From positions 288,001-352,000 of the forward strand of contig OZ223264.1 of the NCBI GenBank assembly GCA_965140585.1: a DNA stretch of 64,000 bases, read 5' to 3'. Positions within the stretch are counted from its first letter, which is position 1, and the number at the start of each line of letters is the position of its first letter. A program made the position numbers and the translations under genes. Below, piece after piece: positions 1 to 11,325 of the stretch. The DNA comes from Spirochaetia bacterium (GTDB taxonomy: Bacteria > Spirochaetota > Spirochaetia > UBA9216). The notes under the pieces are model-generated. The model had not been told where the DNA came from and made no database searches. It saw only the letters and a program-made list of their open reading frames with translations.

Positions 1-61
1 CAACAGGGCAAATGTAGATAAGATGCTTGAGATGCTTAAAAAAGATATTACCGGTATATGA
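1..61 (+). CDS. 3' end of an unknown CDS running in from the left edge
   Basis: Frame from position 2 reads NRANVDKMLEMLKKDITGI-stop; too short to assign. Confidence 0.35.
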   Translation, partial: NRANVDKMLEMLKKDITGI

Positions 62-79
62 ACAAGCCCATAGTTTAAT

Positions 80-441
80 CTAATCGATAGTATCTGTAGT
101 AAAACTTTCTATGGGTACATCAATTACCTTGTTATCAGATTTCTCGAACATAGTTTTTATCAGGATTCTGGCCAAGAGTAAAGTCGGCCATCTCTTCTTT
201 CAGAAGCTTTATTTTGTCAGGAATAATATCATGGCATATGAGTTTGATTTTTCCTGTTTTTTCGGCCAGTTCAATGGCCTTTCCGACTCCTGCCGCGCCG
301 CCTCCGGTGATTTATATGCCTCTTAAATCCGGAAATGCTTTCAGATAACTCATCGTAATCTGAAAGGCTGTTTCAGTTTTATCCTGGTTTTCTTCTACCT
401 GCACTATGTCAAGATCGGCATGAAAATCTTTGATTTTGTTG
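80..441 (-). pseudogene. Remnant of a LacI-type/periplasmic sugar-binding domain protein
   Basis: Manual translation gives IVQVEENQD...FPDLRGI*ITGGGAAGVGKAIE...KIKLICHD...DFTLGQNP, then a shifted C-terminus VPIESFTTDTID*; in-frame TAA at 312-314; no N-terminus. Confidence 0.65.
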
Positions 442-668
442 ATGAGTTTAAAAAGCGGGATATGCATATTTCATGTCTGCGCTGTCACGGAAACCCTGTT
501 CATCCGCAGAAGGTTATGATGGTGTTATCAGTATTGAGCATGAAGACTCATATATGTCAGTTGAGGAGGGGCTTAACAAGGCTGTTGCCAACATGAAGCA
601 GACTTCTTATTTTTAAACCTGCATCCAAGCCGAAGGCTTTTGATATAGATGAGAAGTTTCTGAAGTGA
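433..668 (+). pseudogene. Remnant of a sugar phosphate isomerase/epimerase (xylose-isomerase-like TIM barrel)
   Basis: ISCLRCHGNPVHPQ (early motif) abuts GYDGVISIEHEDSYMSVEEGLNKAV (C-terminal motif) in another frame; most of the gene is missing. Confidence 0.65.
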
Positions 669-697
669 AAAGGAGTTCTTAGACCCAAGAACGTAAT

Positions 698-1983
698 TTA
701 AAAAAGTTCCATCTGGCCGGTATCGGATTCGCTCCTAATCTTCCGGTTCCGGACGTAGTGTTTTTCATAATTATCTCCGGGTAATGCATCACCCATTACT
801 GTTTTTCCACCCCACTTGTGAGAATTTTCCCATTCACGTTCAATAACTTTTTCAACATCTGCTGTAGGGGCTGTATGTTGTTCAATCCCATCTGGTAAAT
901 CTGTCGAGGTTTTTAATTCCCCTGCAGACGGACATCATTTCCGGTCTTTGCATGACCGAGCGCTCTTTTTACAACAGAGATGCTGCGGTCGTATATATCC
1001 AGCGGAACAGGTGCCGGGTGGCCGTCCCTTTCCTCCATGTGCAAAGGAGAATCGTGCAGGATCAGAGAACCTTGACGGACCTCCGTAGATGATCTCACTG
1101 ACCAGTGCCAGAGACTGAACTGTCCGCGGTCCGACTCCTTCCATCAGAAGCGCTTCGCTGAAGTCAGAGAACTCCCTGGTCCCATGCTGCTGCAAGCGCA
1201 GCTCCAAGCCGTTTTGAAATTACATCTTCGGGCGCGAACTTCATGATGTGAAGGAAGTACTATTCGTCTTGACCGCATAAGAGCATCAAGTTCCCGTTTT
1301 TGTCTGTCAGGATGTTCCATCAGGAAGTCGAGTATCCCCTTCCGGTTCGCATCGGCCCGGGAATCGCTTAGATTCAGAAGTTCCCCCTGGTAGGGTCCGA
1401 CAAACTGCGGTATGAGGATCACTGAAGAACGATTTAATTTCAGATGAATGCCAGTGATATCGTCTGGCTTTTCCTGTGTCTTTGTTCATGCCCTGCTGGA
1501 CAATGGCCCAGTTGCCGTTTTCAGTGATAACAAAATTATGTAGATAGATCTGAAAACCGTCCTGAATAACAGGAATTGTCAATTTTAGCGGTAAGCCTGC
1601 TTGTCCGGGTGAGCTGTTCGCCGGACAGACCGGTTTTCATTGCATATTCGAGCAGTTCCGCCGGAGTATTTCGCGAATATTTTCCCCGGCCCCCCCAGCA
1701 CGGCAATACCAAGTTCGGAGCTGCGCGGATTCAGTCCACGCTGAATTGCCCTCATCACCGAGGTCGTAATTCCGGTATGAATGCCAGTCCATCCATCCCC
1801 AGCACAGCACCGAAGGCCTGGAACCAGAACGGATCTGATACCCTTCTTAGGACCCTCGTCGGTTCCTCCGTCTGTTATGATTGCTTCTATTATTGATGTT
1901 CCAAGAATCATCATACGGTCTGCAAGCCATTTCGGTACCGTTCCGTAATGAAGCGGCAAGTCGGCACTGCCTCCGCGTTTCAT
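698..1983 (-). pseudogene. DUF763 family protein, multiply frameshifted (pseudogene or sequencing errors)
   Basis: Consecutive ORF fragments carry ADLPLHYGTVPKWL, QDGFQIYLHNF, WAIVQQGMN..ARRYHW, GVGPRTVQSLAL, FSFAHGGK, GHPAPVPLDIYD; C-terminus WGGKTVMG...QMELF* ends at 698; start overlaps the upstream stop (ATGA). Confidence 0.8.
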
Positions 1984-3126
1984 TTCCCGTAGGTTCCCTG
2001 CTGCCTGCGTTCTCTTTTTGCTATGTACATATTCTGGTCTGCGGCATGAAGGAATTCATGAAAGCTTCGGTGCTTATCGGGAGAATAAATGATGTAGCCG
2101 GCACTCAATGAAATATTATATGGTTTTTTATTTTTAGTGTTAACTTCAGAGATTTTATCGTATATACGCTGGATTACAGCATGAATCTCGGCCGGTGCAT
2201 TTGTCTCAAGCAGAAGCATAAACTCATCACCGCCGAATCTGGCAGCTCTGTCCATCCGTTTTATGGAGCTGTTGAGTAGGGCTGCAGTCTGGACAAGTAC
2301 GGCATCACCTTCGCTGTGACCGTAATCATCATTGATTTCTTTAAAGCCGTCCATATCCATCATTACGAGGGTGAAGGAGCCCTTCCTCTCATAATCCTTA
2401 ATTCTCAGCTGTATATATTCATCAATCTGCTGACGGTTAAGAAGTCCGGTAAGGTAATCCCGTATCTCCCTCTGTATTTCAAGGAATATGTAAACAAAGG
2501 TCACGGCAAGTGCGACTGAAGGCCATATAAGGGTTGTTCCATAAAATCTCATCTGTAAAATAGTGCCGGTCACAGGAAGTATACCGAAAAGGGCAACGCC
2601 TCTTATGATATCCTTAGAGACCGACCTTCTGTTTTGGATTACGAGAAAATATGAATATAACAGTGTCAGCAGCTGAATAAGTGCGACAAGAAAAAACTCC
2701 GGGACCTCTCTGATAGTTGTTGTCAGCATCAATATAAAATATAAACCCGGAGAATGTGGAATAGATTAAAATTAAGGCGGTAAGTATTAGTGGGTAAAGA
2801 TAGAAAAGCCTTTTTTTCAGCCTGATCTTAGAGTGGTTCAGCTGGTAGTCTATATAGCACAGCCATAACACCAGCGGAACCGGGCCGGACAATATCAGAA
2901 TGAAATTAAACAAAAACAGGAAAGTACGTGAGCCCTGTCCGGGCAGGCCGTCCATAATCCAGGGTAGTGCATCCAATACCAGCAGTACAATAACGCTCCA
3001 GCAGAGAAGCAGGAAAATCCTGGTAGTAACTGATTTAAAAGACTGTTTAAGCTGGATAACAGCAATAATCATAAAAAGAATTATGATCATAAAAATATCC
3101 AGATCAATTAACTGGTATTTCAGCAT
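1980..3126 (-). CDS. Membrane-bound diguanylate cyclase (GGDEF), split by one frameshift near 2700
   Basis: Two overlapping ORFs (2614-3126, multiple TM; 1980-2732 with DYLTGLLNR, DMDGFKEIND, RFGGDEF) join at YQRGP. Confidence 0.8.
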
Positions 3127-3216
3127 TCACTGATTTTATAGCCAAAACTAGTATTTTTCAATCAGGGTTTTATCATTGGAAATAATAGTTTGACCTCTCA
3201 GTATGAGGGGTTTATA

Positions 3217-5063
3217 ATGATGAAAATGAAAAAAGTACGCAGTATGTTTTCTATCAGATTTATTCTGGTTTTTATGCTAGTACTGCAGTCTGTATTTGTA
3301 CTGTCGATTGCCGCCTATCTTTTCCGATTTAAAATTAATAATTCTGTAGAGAAGATGGCCGGCAATGTTTTCTATACCCTCTCAGAACATATTAATTCAC
3401 AGCTAACCGCATACTTCATGGTCCCGGAAGATATAAACAGGCTGAATCTGACACTTTATAAATCCGGTTATCTTAATAAATCTGATTTTTCATTTATGCA
3501 GAAGCATTTTTATAAGCAGTCCGAATTCTTCCCCTTTGTGAGCAGTATCTATTTTGGTTCAGCAGGCGGCGGTTTTGCAGGCGGCGGTGTTGATTTGCAC
3601 AATGAACTTTACTATATCATGGGCATTGAAGAAGGCGGTGACGGTAATTTTTATTTAAAAGAAATGGATTATTCAGAGGAGTTCACCGGTCTGGAATGGA
3701 CTGCTGAGAATATGTAGACGACCCGTCGGCCATGGTATGCCGGTGCTGTAGAAAACGGCGGAAATTTTTATTCTGAGCCCTATCTGCTACTGAAGATGAA
3801 TTGGGAATCTCTGTCAGTGTTCCTGTGTACGATGAGACCGGTGCTGACCTGGATGGCGTGTTTTGTACGACTCTCTTCCTGTCTGATATATCCGAATTCC
3901 TTGAAAAAATTTTTTACGGAAGCGAGCTTGTTGATGCGGTAAGGACGTTTTCGATTGTTATACCTGTTGACCTTTTTTTTATTCTTCTGACTTTATTCTA
4001 TATCAGAAAAACACTTCCTCCTATAAAGAAGATGATCGAAACAATGAATGCTTTTCCCGAAAAATTTGAAACTGGTTTTGAGGGGAGTCTGCTTAGGGAG
4101 TTTTGTGATATAGATCTTGCTTTCCGGCATATGGCCCAGAGACTACTTAAAACTCTGGGGAGTCTGAGGCATGAGCAGCAGTTTAATGATGTGATGCTCA
4201 ATTCCTCTCTGGATATATTTGTCGTTTTTGATTTACTTTCTGGAAAGACGCTGATATGGAACAGGAAATTCTGTGAGCTCTCCGGCTACACTGATGAAGA
4301 AATTAAAGAGTATGGTTCTCCGGAAATCTGGTATGATAAAGAAGACCTGTACAGATGGACAAACATCTCACTTCCCGAGCTGGTGGAAACAGGGACCAAT
4401 ACAACCACCATGCACCTTATTGCAAAGAGCGGAGAGCGGATTCCGGTAGAGTATAACTGTTCTGTAATCTATTTTAATGATGAAAAAGAAAGGCCCGTAC
4501 TTGCTGTAGATCGTGATATGCGTGAAAAACTGGCTGTCGAACATAAACTTAAAGATTCTGTCAGTGAGAAAGAAGTCCTGCTAAAAGAGCTGTATCACCG
4601 TACAAAAAATAATATAAATGTAATTCTTTCCATGATTAATCTTCAGATGGGGTTTATTCATGATAAGAAATACAATGCTCTTCTGCGGGAGCTTTCGGAT
4701 AAAATTCAATCCATGTCGCTGGTTCATAAAAAGCTCTATGAATCTTCGAACTTGTCAAAGATTGATCTCGGTGAGTATCTGGCGGAATTGTCGAGACTTC
4801 TGATGTATTCATACCGTAATGATGACAGATTCCTGGCGCTCACCGCTGAAGTTGAAAAGATAAATGTATCGATAGATCTGGCTGTTCCCTGTGGACTTCT
4901 GCTGAGTGAACTTCTGTCCAATACTTTCAAGTATGCTTTTGTTGACTCTGCTTCCGGAAATGTTGAGTTTGAAATTGTAGAAACCGGGGGGCTTGGCTGT
5001 ATAATAAGATTCCCTGTGAGTTCGGGGAAGGAACGGAATATTGAAAAAAATACTAATCGTTGA
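3217..5063 (+). pseudogene. Degraded Cache-HAMP-PAS HisKA_2-type sensor histidine kinase
   Basis: TM + Cache-like region (RPWY in a shifted frame near 3725), PAS, LYHRTKNN H-box, ELLSNTFKYAF N-box; G boxes absent; stop and frameshifts at 3717-3800. Confidence 0.7.
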
Positions 5064-6247
5064 AGACGAGGCGTTTGCTGTTATGTCGTTAAAATACTAC
5101 CTTGAGGAGCAGGGCTTCTCATGCACTACCGCCGCTACAGAAGCTGAAGCCCTATCCGAATATTCCAGTTTCTGTCCTGACTTTATCCTGATGGATGTTT
5201 CGCTTGCTGACGGCAGTGACGGGATTTCTGCTGCAGAAAAAATAATACCTATAGTTTTTTTAGTGATAATTTCACTCTTTACAAATTGCACAACATCTAC
5301 ATTTACTGATAAGTCAAGTGATGAATTTATGGCGTATCTGAAAAATGAAATTACAAACAAAAGTGATGGGAATGCCGCATTGATTTTAGTTGAGAACGGT
5401 GAGATCTATGATTCATATTATTTTTCAAAAGGGAGTCCTGTAAATTCAGATACATTATTTCAAATTGCATCTATCAGTAAATTTGTAACAACTGTTGGTA
5501 TATTAAAACTTGTTGAACAAGGGCATATTGATTTAGATTTTCCTGTTTCAGAGTATTTAACAAGTTGGCAGCTTCCCGAAAGCAAATTTGATAATAATAA
5601 AGTGACTATAAGACGTCTATTGAGCCATACCGGCGGACTGATTGATGGTTTAGGGTATAAGGGGTTTTATGAAAATGAAGATGTTCAATCATTGGAGGAT
5701 TCGTTAACTTTCGCAAAGGATAGATTCTGGACAAAAGGAATCACCAAGGTTGGAATAGAACCCGGAACAAGATTTAAATATTCAGGTGGCGGATTCACGC
5801 TCCTGCAGCTCGTAATTGAAGAAGTAACAGATAAATCTTTTAACTCCTTCATGAAATCAGAAATTTTTGAACCACTGGATATGGACTCATCAACATTTAT
5901 AAAAGAAGATGCTGAAAAAATGAATTTGTCTGAATGTTTTACGAATACAGGTAAAATAGTTGAATATATGAAATTTACATCACTTTCTGCTGCTTCTTTG
6001 TTCATTAGCAGTGCTGATATGTATAAATTTATAAAACTGTTTTTGAAAAATTGAAATAAAGAACCTTATTACAATAATTTATTCGGAGCTGGATTCCGGA
6101 GATAAAATATTCGGACATGACGGCGGGAATTATACTGCCGTAAATACTACCGTAAGAATCAACCCTGACAGTAATGACGCTATAATTATTTTTTCAACAG
6201 GCGGACACGGCATTGCCAGTGCTCTGGGAAAAGCTTGGGTTAAATAG
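5041..6247 (+). pseudogene. Chimera of a truncated receiver domain and a serine hydrolase (beta-lactamase/PBP-like) lipoprotein; C-terminus frameshifted
   Basis: ILIVEDE...PDFILMD...DG (REC), then KIIPIVFLVIISLFTNC (lipoprotein-like signal), SISK (SxxK), LLSHTGG, FKYSGGG; IFGHDGG...AWVK* lies beyond the stop at 6054 and ends at 6247. Confidence 0.7.
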
Positions 6248-6283
6248 CAAAAAGGATAATAGTAGAGCTTCCTGATGTATTTT

Positions 6284-6559
6284 CTATTTCTTACCGGTTA
6301 ACTTGATAATATGGTATCCGAACTGGGTTCTTACCACATCGGATATGCTTCCGACACCCATGCGGCTGCATGCTCTTTCAAACTCGGGAACCATCTTTCC
6401 GGGGCCGAACCAGCCAAGATCTCCGCCCTTTGATTTGCTTGGACATGTTGAAAAATCACGTGCTATTGCTTCGAAATTTGCGCCCTGCTTGATCTTTCTC
6501 TGAAGTTCCTGGGCCTGACTCTGGCTTTTAACCAGTATATGACTTGCTTTCCATTCCAT
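6284..6559 (-). CDS. ppiC: Parvulin-type peptidyl-prolyl isomerase
   Basis: ASHILVK, STCPSKSKGGDLGWF, MVPEFE, TQFGYHII; likely start MEWKASH. Confidence 0.95.
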   Translation of the reverse strand: MEWKASHILVKSQSQAQELQRKIKQGANFEAIARDFSTCPSKSKGGDLGWFGPGKMVPEFERACSRMGVGSISDVVRTQFGYHIIKLTGKK

Positions 6560-6632
6560 AATAGTGATATTAAACAAAAAAAATACAATTTTCAAGTTAG
6601 GAGATATGGAAGAAAATTGTTATATTAATAGC

Positions 6633-7481
6633 ATGAGCAGGAATTACATCGGAACACATGTCTCTACATACGGAGGGGTTGAAAACGCACCGCTTCATGC
6701 CGAACGGATAGGCGCGGAAGGCTTTGCGTTATTTACCCGCAATCAGCGGAGGTGGGAATCTCCTGCTCTTACAGAGGAAAGTATAAGCCTATTTAAACAG
6801 AGAATGAAGGAAGGCGGATTCACTCCGGATGTTGTTCTGCCTCACAATTCCTACCTGATAAACCTGGCATCTCCTGATCCCGAAAAGTCAAAAAAGTCTT
6901 TTGATTCATATATTGATGAGCTCAACCGCGTTAATCTGCTTGGCCTTAAATATCTCAACATTCATCCGGGCAGTACTACGGGCCTTATCAGCTTTGAGCA
7001 GGGTATTGAAAACATCAGTACAGCGGTAAACCGGGCCAATAAAATGGTTCCCGATGTAATTACCGTACTTGAGACGACATCAGGACAGAAGAATAAGATC
7101 GGCGGACGCTTTGAAGAGATTGCTGCAATAATGGACAGGATTAAACAGCCGGATCGCGTTGCTATCTGCATAGATACCTGTCATGTCTACGGCGCCGGCT
7201 ATGACGTTTCAACTGAAGAGGGCTGTAATGATATGCTTGAGCAGTTTGACAGGCTGCTTGGACTCTCCAACCTGAAGGGAATGCATCTAAATGATTCTAA
7301 AAGAGGTCTTGGTGAGCATATCGACCGGCATGAAAACATAGGGAAGGGCTGCATAGGTGAAACCGGATTCAGGTATCTTCTGAACGACAAGCGTTTAAAA
7401 GGCCTTCCGATGATTCTTGAAACGCCGAATCCGAAGGAGTGGGAGGCTGAAATAGCACTTCTGCATTCATTTCTTGAATGA
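6633..7481 (+). CDS. nfo: Endonuclease IV (AP endonuclease 2)
   Basis: PHNSYLINL, HPG, LETTSGQ, CIDTCH, HLNDSK, DRHENIG, ILETP motifs. Confidence 0.95.
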   Translation: MSRNYIGTHVSTYGGVENAPLHAERIGAEGFALFTRNQRRWESPALTEESISLFKQRMKEGGFTPDVVLPHNSYLINLASPDPEKSKKSFDSYIDELNRVNLLGLKYLNIHPGSTTGLISFEQGIENISTAVNRANKMVPDVITVLETTSGQKNKIGGRFEEIAAIMDRIKQPDRVAICIDTCHVYGAGYDVSTEEGCNDMLEQFDRLLGLSNLKGMHLNDSKRGLGEHIDRHENIGKGCIGETGFRYLLNDKRLKGLPMILETPNPKEWEAEIALLHSFLE

Positions 7482-7538
7482 CTCGTCCATAAGTGGTAAA
7501 ATTAGTACAAACTGGGTGGGGAGAATATAAAAATCTCA

Positions 7539-9335
7539 ATGGCAAAACAAAAGAAATCCGCATACGATGAAAGCAAGATAAAAACGCTAAGCTCTCTTGA
7601 GCACATCCGTCTGCGTACCGGTATGTATATCGGACGACTAGGAGACGGTTCAAACCTTGATGACGGTATATACGTCCTTTTGAAGGAAGTTGTTGACAAC
7701 AGTATTGATGAGTTCATCATGGGCAACGGTAAGAAAATAGTAATCAAGGTTGAGGACAACAAGGTTGTAGTTCGTGACTACGGCCGGGGTATTCCGCTTG
7801 GAAAGGTTATTGATTGTGTTTCAATTATAAATACAGGTGCAAAATACAACGACGACGTATTTCAGTTTTCGGTCGGTCTTAACGGTGTCGGTACCAAGGC
7901 GGTAAACGCGCTTTCCATAAACTTCAGAGTCGTTTCATTCCGTGACGGCAAGTTCTTCGAGGCAATCTTTGAAAGAGGTATCCTGCAGAAGAAACGCGAA
8001 GGAAAGAAGGCCGGCGAGCCCGACGGAACCTACGTTGAGTTTATTCCGGACAAGGAAATCTTCGGAGAGTACACATTCAACCATGAATACATTGATCAGC
8101 GTATCTGGAATTACGCATACCTGAACAGCGGGTTGACGCTTTATTTTAACAAGAAAAAATATGAATCTCAGAACGGGCTTCTTGATCTTCTCTCGGCTGA
8201 AGTAGGAAATACCACCATTTATGATATCGGCTACTACAAGGGCGAACAGCTTGAGTTCTCCTTTGCTCACACAAATACCTACGGAGAAAACTACTTCTCC
8301 TTTGTAAACGGTCAGTACACCAGCGACGGCGGTACGCATCAGAGCGCTTTCCGCGAGGGCTTTCTAAAGGGGGTCAATGAGTTCTACAAGAAGAACTACA
8401 ACGGTGTGGATGCCCGTGAAGGGCTTGCCGGTGCTGTTTCAATAAAGCTGAAAAATCCGGTCTTTGAAAGCCAGACGAAGAATAAGCTTGGTAATACTGA
8501 AATCAGGGCCTGGGTTGTAAACGAAGTCCGGTCCGGTGTTGTTGATTATCTGCACAAAAATAAGGAAGCCGCCGACAAGCTTGAGAACAAGATTGTCAGC
8601 AATGAAAAGCTGCGGAAGGAACTTAATGAAGTAAAGAAGGAAGCCCGTGAGGCAGCCAAAAAAGTTGCGCTTAAGATTCCCAACCTGAAAGACTGTAAAT
8701 TTCATCTGGGTGACAAGAAGGGTGAAGAATCCATGATCTTCATCACCGAGGGTCAGTCTGCATCTGGCTCAATAGTCTCTGCCCGGGATGTCTACAGGCA
8801 GGCAGTTTTTTCACTTCGCGGTAAGCCGTTCAATGTATTCGGAAAGAAGCGGGCGGCAATCTATAAGAATGAAGAGCTTTACAATCTGATGATGGCCCTT
8901 GGAGTTGAGAATGAAATTGACAACCTCCGCTACGGCAAACTGATAATCGCAACTGATGCAGATAATGATGGTTTTCATATTCGGAATCTTCTGCTTACAT
9001 TCTTTCTCACCTTCTTTGAGGAACTTGCAACCGCAGGACGTATATATATCCTTGAGACACCGCTTTTCAGAGTAAGAAACAAGAAAGAGACCCACTACTG
9101 CTATAATATTGCAGAACGTGACGAGGCTATGGCCAAACTCGCGGGCCCCGAGGTTACCAGATTTAAGGGACTTGGTGAGATTTCTCCGAAAGAATTCGGA
9201 CAGTTCATCGGTGAGGATATGCGGCTGGTTAAAGTCGATGTGAAAACGATGAAAGATGTTCCGAATACACTTGAGTTTTTTATGGGTAAAAATACACCCC
9301 AGAGACGAAGCTTTATTATGGAGAACCTTATCTGA
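7539..9335 (+). CDS. parE: Type IIA topoisomerase subunit B, probably topoisomerase IV ParE
   Basis: EVVDNSIDE, GRGIP, GLNGVGTK (GHKL); EGQSA, LRGK, DADNDG (TOPRIM); RFKGLGE; short 598 aa form. Confidence 0.85.
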   Translation: MAKQKKSAYDESKIKTLSSLEHIRLRTGMYIGRLGDGSNLDDGIYVLLKEVVDNSIDEFIMGNGKKIVIKVEDNKVVVRDYGRGIPLGKVIDCVSIINTGAKYNDDVFQFSVGLNGVGTKAVNALSINFRVVSFRDGKFFEAIFERGILQKKREGKKAGEPDGTYVEFIPDKEIFGEYTFNHEYIDQRIWNYAYLNSGLTLYFNKKKYESQNGLLDLLSAEVGNTTIYDIGYYKGEQLEFSFAHTNTYGENYFSFVNGQYTSDGGTHQSAFREGFLKGVNEFYKKNYNGVDAREGLAGAVSIKLKNPVFESQTKNKLGNTEIRAWVVNEVRSGVVDYLHKNKEAADKLENKIVSNEKLRKELNEVKKEAREAAKKVALKIPNLKDCKFHLGDKKGEESMIFITEGQSASGSIVSARDVYRQAVFSLRGKPFNVFGKKRAAIYKNEELYNLMMALGVENEIDNLRYGKLIIATDADNDGFHIRNLLLTFFLTFFEELATAGRIYILETPLFRVRNKKETHYCYNIAERDEAMAKLAGPEVTRFKGLGEISPKEFGQFIGEDMRLVKVDVKTMKDVPNTLEFFMGKNTPQRRSFIMENLI

Positions 9336-11257
9336 TGTCATACGTAAAAAAACTTTTTAACGATAATTTTCTGGAATATGCATCTTACGTAATCAAGGAC
9401 AGGGCCATTCCCGATCTCCAGGACGGACTAAAACCTGTACAGAGGCGAATAATTCATTCGCTGTTTGAAATGGATGACGGTAAATTTCATAAGGTCGCAA
9501 ATGTTGTAGGCCACTGTATGAAATACCATCCCCATGGTGATGCTTCCATTTATTCAGCTCTGGTCGTTCTTGCCAACAAGGAACTGTTTGTAGACAAGCA
9601 GGGAAACTTCGGCAATATCCTCACCGGCGACCCGGCATCTGCTGCCAGGTATATTGAGTGCCGTGCTCTCCCCCTTGCAAAGAGGGTTCTCTATAATCCC
9701 GAAATTACAGAGTATACCGATTCCTATGATGGAAGAAACAAGGAGCCGATCGCTTTCAGGGCAAAGATTCCGGTAATTTTGATTCACGGTGCTGAAGGAA
9801 TTGCGGTAGGTATGTCCACTAAGATTCTGCCGCATAACTATGAAGAAGTTCTTGGCGCTGTAAAAACATGTCTTTTGGGAAAGGCCTTCAAGCTTTATCC
9901 TGATTTTCCCACCGGCGGCTATGTTGATGTCTCCAACTATGAAGACGGAAACGGAAAGGTTCTTGTCCGCGCCAAGCTTGATACTTCTGATGAGAAGCGC
10001 ATAGTTATCCGTGAGATTCCATTCGGAACAACAACCGAGTCGCTTATGAACTCGATTGAGACCGCCGCCAGACAGAACAAGATTAAGGTTTCAAGTATTA
10101 CCGACTTCACAACTGAGAAGGCCGAGATAGAAATCAAACTTGCCCGCGGAGTTCATACCGAAGAGGTCGTTGATTCACTTTATGCCTTTACCGACTGCGA
10201 AGTTTCAATATCTGTAAATCTCCTTGTTATCCGCAAGGGGCTTCCTGTAATAATGACTGTCACCGAGATTATCAAGTATTATGCCGCCCAGATTGTTGAA
10301 GTCCTCCGTGACGAGCTGAAGCTTGAGGAGCGCGGTCTTCTTGATAAGATACATGCAAGAACCCTTGAGAGAATCTTTATCGAGGAAAGAATCTACAAGC
10401 GGATAGAAACGATGAAAACCAGGGACGGTGTAATTAAAACCGTTATTACAGGTTTTGAACCGTATATGGATGAAATAAAGCGTGAAGTTACCGAGGATGA
10501 CGTTGAAAGACTTCTCAAGATTCCTATCAGAAGGATTTCTCTATACGACATCAATAAGGCCAGAGATGAAATGGCCCAGCTTCAGGCAAGGCTTAAGGAA
10601 GTGCGACATCACCTGCGTCACATTACTGAATACGCTGTGTCTTTTGTCGATGCGCTGCTTCAGGGAGTTGCCGAAGAGCAGAAACGCAAAACTGAGGTTA
10701 TTTCCTTTGACAAGGTCGATGTCCGGGAGGTTGCGCAGCGTAACCTGAGTCTGGCCTATGATGACAACACGGGTTACCTCGGCTACGATGTTAAATCGGG
10801 CAAAACTCTTTTTAATGTATCAAACTATGACCGTATACTGGTTATCAGGGCAAGCGGGGTGTATTCGGTAATTGATGTGCCTGACAAGCTCTTTGTAGAC
10901 AAAGGTATGCTCTTCTGCGGACTTGCCGACAAGGATGAGATGGCTGAAACAATCTTCAGCATCCTTTATAAAAACAATAAAACAGGCTATGCCCACCTCA
11001 AGCGCTGTAAGATTGAGAAGTTCATACTTGATAAATCATACGAACTGATTCCCGAGGGAAACAAGATAATCAAACTGACAACCAAAGAGGATATTGAGGC
11101 CGCTGTTACTTATAAAGAAAAGCCGAGATTGAAGGTTCTGGATGAAAGTTTCGACGTTTCGGGCTATCTTGTTAAGGGTGTTAAGGCTGCCGGAGTCAGA
11201 CTTTCCGCGAAAGAAATAAAGAGCGCCAAGTTTGTGAAAAAAAAGTCAAAAAAATAG
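9335..11257 (+). CDS. parC: Type IIA topoisomerase subunit A, probably topoisomerase IV ParC
   Basis: RAIPDLQDGLKPVQRR, YHPHGD, AARYIE catalytic Tyr, PDFPTGG; short CTD with no GyrA box; start overlaps the parE stop. Confidence 0.85.
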   Translation: MSYVKKLFNDNFLEYASYVIKDRAIPDLQDGLKPVQRRIIHSLFEMDDGKFHKVANVVGHCMKYHPHGDASIYSALVVLANKELFVDKQGNFGNILTGDPASAARYIECRALPLAKRVLYNPEITEYTDSYDGRNKEPIAFRAKIPVILIHGAEGIAVGMSTKILPHNYEEVLGAVKTCLLGKAFKLYPDFPTGGYVDVSNYEDGNGKVLVRAKLDTSDEKRIVIREIPFGTTTESLMNSIETAARQNKIKVSSITDFTTEKAEIEIKLARGVHTEEVVDSLYAFTDCEVSISVNLLVIRKGLPVIMTVTEIIKYYAAQIVEVLRDELKLEERGLLDKIHARTLERIFIEERIYKRIETMKTRDGVIKTVITGFEPYMDEIKREVTEDDVERLLKIPIRRISLYDINKARDEMAQLQARLKEVRHHLRHITEYAVSFVDALLQGVAEEQKRKTEVISFDKVDVREVAQRNLSLAYDDNTGYLGYDVKSGKTLFNVSNYDRILVIRASGVYSVIDVPDKLFVDKGMLFCGLADKDEMAETIFSILYKNNKTGYAHLKRCKIEKFILDKSYELIPEGNKIIKLTTKEDIEAAVTYKEKPRLKVLDESFDVSGYLVKGVKAAGVRLSAKEIKSAKFVKKKSKK

Positions 11258-11325
11258 TGAATCCGGTAACAGCACAGCCTTTTCATGGTGTTCAATAGAT
11301 AGACAATGGAAAGGGACGGATTTCA

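Noticed and set aside
7539-11257. DNA gyrase gyrB/gyrA
   Set aside because: The A subunit is short with no GyrA box, which fits topoisomerase IV better
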